Source: an uncultured Chloroflexia bacterium (lineage in GTDB: Bacteria; Chloroflexota; Chloroflexia; QHBQ01; JADMIH01). Taken from it: a DNA stretch of 64,000 nt. Each line of letters begins with the position of its first letter. The stretch's first letter is position 1. The stretch is taken from contig CAWCNY010000003.1 in assembly GCA_963797095.1 (NCBI GenBank), positions 608,001 to 672,000 on the forward strand. The letters run 5' to 3'. Positions 60,119 through 64,000 of the stretch are shown here, one piece after another. A program made the position numbers and the translations under genes. The notes under the pieces are model-generated. The model saw only the letters and a program-made list of their open reading frames with translations. It searched no databases and had not been told where the DNA came from.

Positions 60119-61117
60119 ATGAACAAGATAGCAATCCATGGTTTCGGAAGAATCGGCAGGCTTGCCACCAGGTCTGCCCTCGCCAAATCACTTTTCGCTC
60201 CCGTTTCCATATCGGATATCACCGACTTGCCCACCCTCGCCGCCCTCTTTAAGGCCGACTCGAACTATGGCCTCTGGCCTGAGCAGGTAACTTCAACAGC
60301 CGACACCCTCGTGATCGGCGACAGAAACATCGCTTACTTCAACACCAAAGATGCCCTGCCCGATTGGGGCGCGCTCGGCATCGACGTAGTAATAGATTGC
60401 ACCGGCAGAGCCACCAGGCGAGCCGGGGCGCAAGCCCATCTCGACAACGGCGCGAAGAAGGTGCTGGTCAGCGCCGCCAGCAAGACCATCGAGGATTGCG
60501 ACGCAGTAATCCTGCCCGGCATCAACTTCGAAACATACAGCCATGCCGACCACCGGATCGTGAGCATGGGTAGCTGCACGACCAACGCCCTCGCCCCCGT
60601 TGTCAAGGTGCTGATCGAGAACTTCGGCGTTCAATACGGCTTCTTCTCTACCGTCCACGCCTACACAAACACCCAGTCCCTCACCGACCAGCCAATGAAG
60701 GACCGCCGCAACTCCTGGGCCGCCGCCGAAAACCTCATCCCATCCTCCTCAGGCGCGGCCAAGGCTCTCAAGTTCATCTGGCCCACCCTCAACATCACAG
60801 GCAAAGCCTATCGAGTGCCCGTACGCACAGGCAGCATAGTTGAGTTGAATGTGGTGCTCAACAAAGAAACCTCCGCCGAAGAAGTAAACAACGCCTTCCG
60901 CAAAGCCGCCAACGAAGCCCCTCTAAAGGGCATCATGGACGTACTCGAAGACGAATGGGCCTCCAGCCGCATAGTCGGCGAAACGCATTCCTCCCTGGTC
61001 GACCTGCCACTCACACAGGTCCTGGGAGGCAAGATGCTTTCAGTTGCCGCCTGGTACGACAACGAAATGGCATACGCCACCCGCCTGGCCGAGATGGCCG
61101 TCGCGATTGCCGGGTAA
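60119..61117 (+). CDS. gap: Type I glyceraldehyde-3-phosphate dehydrogenase family protein (divergent)
   Basis: IHGFGRIGR, DCTG, GSCTTNALAP, TVHAYT, RVPV, WYDNE; AAGGAG RBS. Confidence 0.88.
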   Translation: MNKIAIHGFGRIGRLATRSALAKSLFAPVSISDITDLPTLAALFKADSNYGLWPEQVTSTADTLVIGDRNIAYFNTKDALPDWGALGIDVVIDCTGRATRRAGAQAHLDNGAKKVLVSAASKTIEDCDAVILPGINFETYSHADHRIVSMGSCTTNALAPVVKVLIENFGVQYGFFSTVHAYTNTQSLTDQPMKDRRNSWAAAENLIPSSSGAAKALKFIWPTLNITGKAYRVPVRTGSIVELNVVLNKETSAEEVNNAFRKAANEAPLKGIMDVLEDEWASSRIVGETHSSLVDLPLTQVLGGKMLSVAAWYDNEMAYATRLAEMAVAIAG

Positions 61118-61140
61118 GTAAAGCCCCGGTGTTCAGGTAG

Positions 61141-61177
61141 CCCGGGAGGGGTTAGCTAGCGGTTAGCCCCTCCCGGG
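61141..61177 (+). terminator. GC-rich hairpin after gap
   Basis: CCCGGGAGGGG...CCCCTCCCGGG; no U-tract. Confidence 0.55.
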
Positions 61178-61201
61178 CCGGGATCGAGAATCCCAACCCC
61201 T

Positions 61202-61588
61202 TACCCGGGTGTAACCGCTGTATGCGGGCCCAGTCGCCTGGAAGACGTCAATCAGGATACTCTCACCAACCCCACTCTCATCGCCGAAGTGCTATCCCCT
61301 TCCACCGAAGCCTACGATCGAGGCGAGAAGTTCGCCCGCTACCGCAGATTGCCATCACTCCAGGAATATGTCCTCATCGCCCAGGATCAAGTCCGTGTCG
61401 AACGCTACACGCGCCAGGGCGAAGACTGGCTCCTATCCGAGTTAAGTGACCTCAATAGCACTCTCCATCTCGCCTCAATAAAGTGTGCGATCCCCCTCAG
61501 CGAAATATACAGCAACGTAGACTTCCCAAGCGAACCCATTCCCGCCAGGCCGCGCGAGCCGGGTGCCAATCTCTCACGCGAATCTTGA
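61202..61588 (+). pseudogene. N-terminally truncated Uma2-family endonuclease
   Basis: YPGVTAVCG...NPTLIAEVLSPSTEAYDRGEKF..YRRLPSLQEYVLIAQD; no start codon or N-terminal region. Confidence 0.8.
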
Positions 61589-61722
61589 TTTAGCATCCTG
61601 CGCGATCTCTTGCTGCGCTCATCCGCTCAGGAGCCCTTGTACTTCAGGCACCTTCGCTACATAATAGAGCAGTCAGCACATGACGAGCGAAGAGCAACCA
61701 CCCACTTTCAAGGAGTGAACCC

Positions 61723-62226
61723 GTGAGCAACCCCAATCCTCCTTCCGGAGGCGATAACCAAAACTGGGCACCACAACCTCCACCGCAACAGCAACCCCAA
61801 CAACCACTACAGCCACAGCAACAGCAACCACAACAACCACTACAGCCACAGCCACAGCCACAGCCACAACCACAGCCACAGCCGCCAATGTACCAGCCAC
61901 CACCCATGTACCAACAGCCGCCCCCGCCCGCAGCACCACCCAGGCCCGCGCCCCAGCTCAACATGCAGAATGTAAACCGCTTCGTCACCAACGTGCCCCA
62001 ACTGGTACGCATACTGCGCTGGATAGCATGGGCCGAATTGATCCTCGTTGCGGGGCTGGCGATCATAGGGTTCTGCAGTAGCTTCGCCTACAGCATCTAC
62101 TACTCCGGAGTAACGGCTTTCACCACCATGGCGGTGGCAGTACTGCAGGCCGCCGTCTTCTGGGGTCTTCTCATGGGCGTCGCTCTCCTGCTCGAAAACC
62201 AGTCAGGCGGGCGTCCCAACCTCTGA
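61723..62226 (+). CDS. Pro/Gln-rich membrane protein
   Basis: AAGGAG RBS and GTG start; QP repeats followed by two TM helices. Confidence 0.75.
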   Translation: MSNPNPPSGGDNQNWAPQPPPQQQPQQPLQPQQQQPQQPLQPQPQPQPQPQPQPPMYQPPPMYQQPPPPAAPPRPAPQLNMQNVNRFVTNVPQLVRILRWIAWAELILVAGLAIIGFCSSFAYSIYYSGVTAFTTMAVAVLQAAVFWGLLMGVALLLENQSGGRPNL

Positions 62227-62290
62227 TCCTTAATGGCCTGCTTCTTGCATCATGCCCCGACCACGACCCATCACACATGATGCAAGACCC

Positions 62291-63742
62291 ATGAGCAATC
62301 CAGGATCCGAGATCCGAGATCTGAAACCGTACGACGCAATCATCGTAGGCTCCGGCCCCAACGGTCTCGCCGCTGCCATCACTCTTGCGCGTGCCCGCCG
62401 CCGTGTCCTCCTCGTCGAGGGCCATGACACCATAGGCGGCGGTACGCGCACCCTGCCCCTCACCCTCCCCGGCTTTCTGCACGACATCTGCTCCGCCATC
62501 CACCCACTCGGCCTCGGCTCCCCCTTCTTCCGCACCCTCCCACTAGGTCGCTACGGCCTCCAGTGGATCGAGCCGCTTGCCCAGATAGCCCACCCCCTCG
62601 ATGATGGCACAGCCATCCTCCTCCACCGCTCGGTCGATGATACCGCACGCCCTCTTGGACGCGATGCCGCCGCCTACAAACTCCTGATCGGCACTCTCGC
62701 GCGCTCCTGGCCCCAGATCGAGCGCAACGTGCTCGGCCCATTCCGCTGGCCGCGCCACCCCTTCGCCCTGGCCCGCTTCGGCCTCCCTGCCCTCCTCCCA
62801 GCCTCCCTGCTCCTACGCATCGTCTTTCGCGACGAGCGCGCACGCGCCCTGCTGGCAGGCGTCTGCGCCCACTCTATGCTCCCGTTCACCCGACCCGTAA
62901 GCGCCGCAGCAGGTCTTATGCTCGCCATCCTCGGCCACCGCTACGGCTGGCCCCTCCCTATCGGAGGCTCCCAATCGATCGCCAATGCCCTGGCCCGCCA
63001 CTTCCAGGCGCTTGGCGGCGAAATCGTCACGGGCCGGTTCGCCCAATCTCTCAACGATCTCCCACTCGCCCACGCCTATCTCCTCGACGTTAGCCCCTCC
63101 GGCCTGGTAAAGATCGCGGGCAAGCACCTACCCGCACGCTACAAAGAGCGCCTCGGCAGCTACAGATACGGCCCCGGAGTCTTCAAAATAGACTACGCCC
63201 TGAGCGGCCCCGTGCGCTGGCGCGCCCGCGAGTGCTCACTCTCTGCCACAGTCCACCTCGGCGGCACTCTCCCTGAGATCGAGCAGAGCGAAAGCGCCGT
63301 CTGGCATGGCCGCCACCCCGAGCGTCCCTTCGTGCTCGTAGCCCAACAATCCCTCTTCGACCCCACCCGCGCCCCCGAAGGCCGGCACACACTCTGGGCC
63401 TATTGTCACGTCCCAAACGGCTCAACAGTAGATATGACGGCCCAAATAGAATCTCAAGTAGAACGCTTTGCCCCCGGCTTCCGCGACCTAATCCTCGCCC
63501 GCCACACTATGGGCCCCGCACAGGCCGAAGCCTACAATCCCAACTACGTTGGCGGCGACATCAACGCTGGCACCCAGGACATCCTCCAACTTTTCACCCG
63601 TCCCCTCCCACGCCTCGACCCCTACAGCACCCCCAACCCTCGCATCTTCCTCTGCTCCTCCTCCACCCCTCCAGGCGGCGGCGTCCACGGCATGTGCGGC
63701 TACCACGCAGCTCGCTCAGCCCTCCGCAATCACAGAGGCTAG
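62291..63742 (+). CDS. Phytoene desaturase-family FAD-dependent oxidoreductase
   Basis: IVGSGPNGLAAA, GGGTRT, HDICSAIHP, WAYCHVP, SSSTPPGGGVHGMCG; start uncertain. Confidence 0.9.
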   Translation: MSNPGSEIRDLKPYDAIIVGSGPNGLAAAITLARARRRVLLVEGHDTIGGGTRTLPLTLPGFLHDICSAIHPLGLGSPFFRTLPLGRYGLQWIEPLAQIAHPLDDGTAILLHRSVDDTARPLGRDAAAYKLLIGTLARSWPQIERNVLGPFRWPRHPFALARFGLPALLPASLLLRIVFRDERARALLAGVCAHSMLPFTRPVSAAAGLMLAILGHRYGWPLPIGGSQSIANALARHFQALGGEIVTGRFAQSLNDLPLAHAYLLDVSPSGLVKIAGKHLPARYKERLGSYRYGPGVFKIDYALSGPVRWRARECSLSATVHLGGTLPEIEQSESAVWHGRHPERPFVLVAQQSLFDPTRAPEGRHTLWAYCHVPNGSTVDMTAQIESQVERFAPGFRDLILARHTMGPAQAEAYNPNYVGGDINAGTQDILQLFTRPLPRLDPYSTPNPRIFLCSSSTPPGGGVHGMCGYHAARSALRNHRG

Positions 63743-63799
63743 AGATTTAGCTATGAAGGCGCTCATATCTCACCACGAACAATAGCCACTCGTCACTCG

Positions 63800-64000
63800 T
63801 CACTCGGCACTCGCCCCATACCTCTCACCCTTCACATACCTTCCGGTAACAGGCACCCACCCCAGCCTCGGCCAGAACGCGTTGGACAGCGGATTCCTCA
63901 AGTGATACGTCAGGCTGTAAGCCTGCACACCCAATGGCTCATAAAAGTGCGTGATCCCCTCCACCAGCGCCCGCCCCACCCCTTTCCCGCGCATATCCGC
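63800..64000 (-). CDS. GNAT acetyltransferase, C-terminal part (runs off the window)
   Basis: RGKGVGRAL motif A; NPLSNAFW.RLGW. Confidence 0.7.
   Translation of the reverse strand, partial: ADMRGKGVGRALVEGITHFYEPLGVQAYSLTYHLRNPLSNAFWPRLGWVPVTGRYVKGERYGASAE

Noticed and set aside
61770-61920. CAGCCA/CAACCA repeats as a separate element
   Set aside because: Explained by the Gln/Pro low-complexity coding region.

Overview
A 64-kb high-GC bacterial chromosomal segment, most likely Chloroflexota (inferred from Cys-containing SLH repeats GYACGGAGEPC..PYFRP, a PGMPxTG sorting-like tail and gene content). It contains about 50 protein genes. I saw no rRNA, tRNA, CRISPR array, integrase or transposase. 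Main blocks: (1) asnB / PP-loop amidotransferase / ACP / acyl-AMP ligase / SGNH-like operon; (2) ABC-2 exporter with a NarL-type two-component system; (3) ynb-like phospholipid operon whose last gene has a 245-bp 3' segment duplicated 1366 bp downstream, next to a compositionally distinct ACP / hexapeptide acyltransferase / TPR-FkbH island; (4) surface-glycan genes; (5) a CHASE4-PAS-GGDEF cyclase, flavoenzymes, and an OmpR-type system sharing a promoter architecture with a secreted protein gene; (6) feoB (frameshifted)-feoA; (7) a 12-kb SWIM / DUF5691 / AAA / DUF5682 / VWA (yeh-like) operon with three interleaved cargo genes (CorA-like 2TM protein, DmpA-type peptidase, surface protein); (8) a divergent GAPDH, a Uma2 remnant and a phytoene-desaturase-like enzyme. 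The most unusual signals are pervasive period-7 and period-9 microsatellites (some forming hairpins, some in-frame inside genes), a recurrent apparent CGACTCC->CAACTCC change at conserved residues (probably a methylation-linked sequencing error), and a strong C-over-G strand skew. All family calls come from motif recognition by eye, not database searches.
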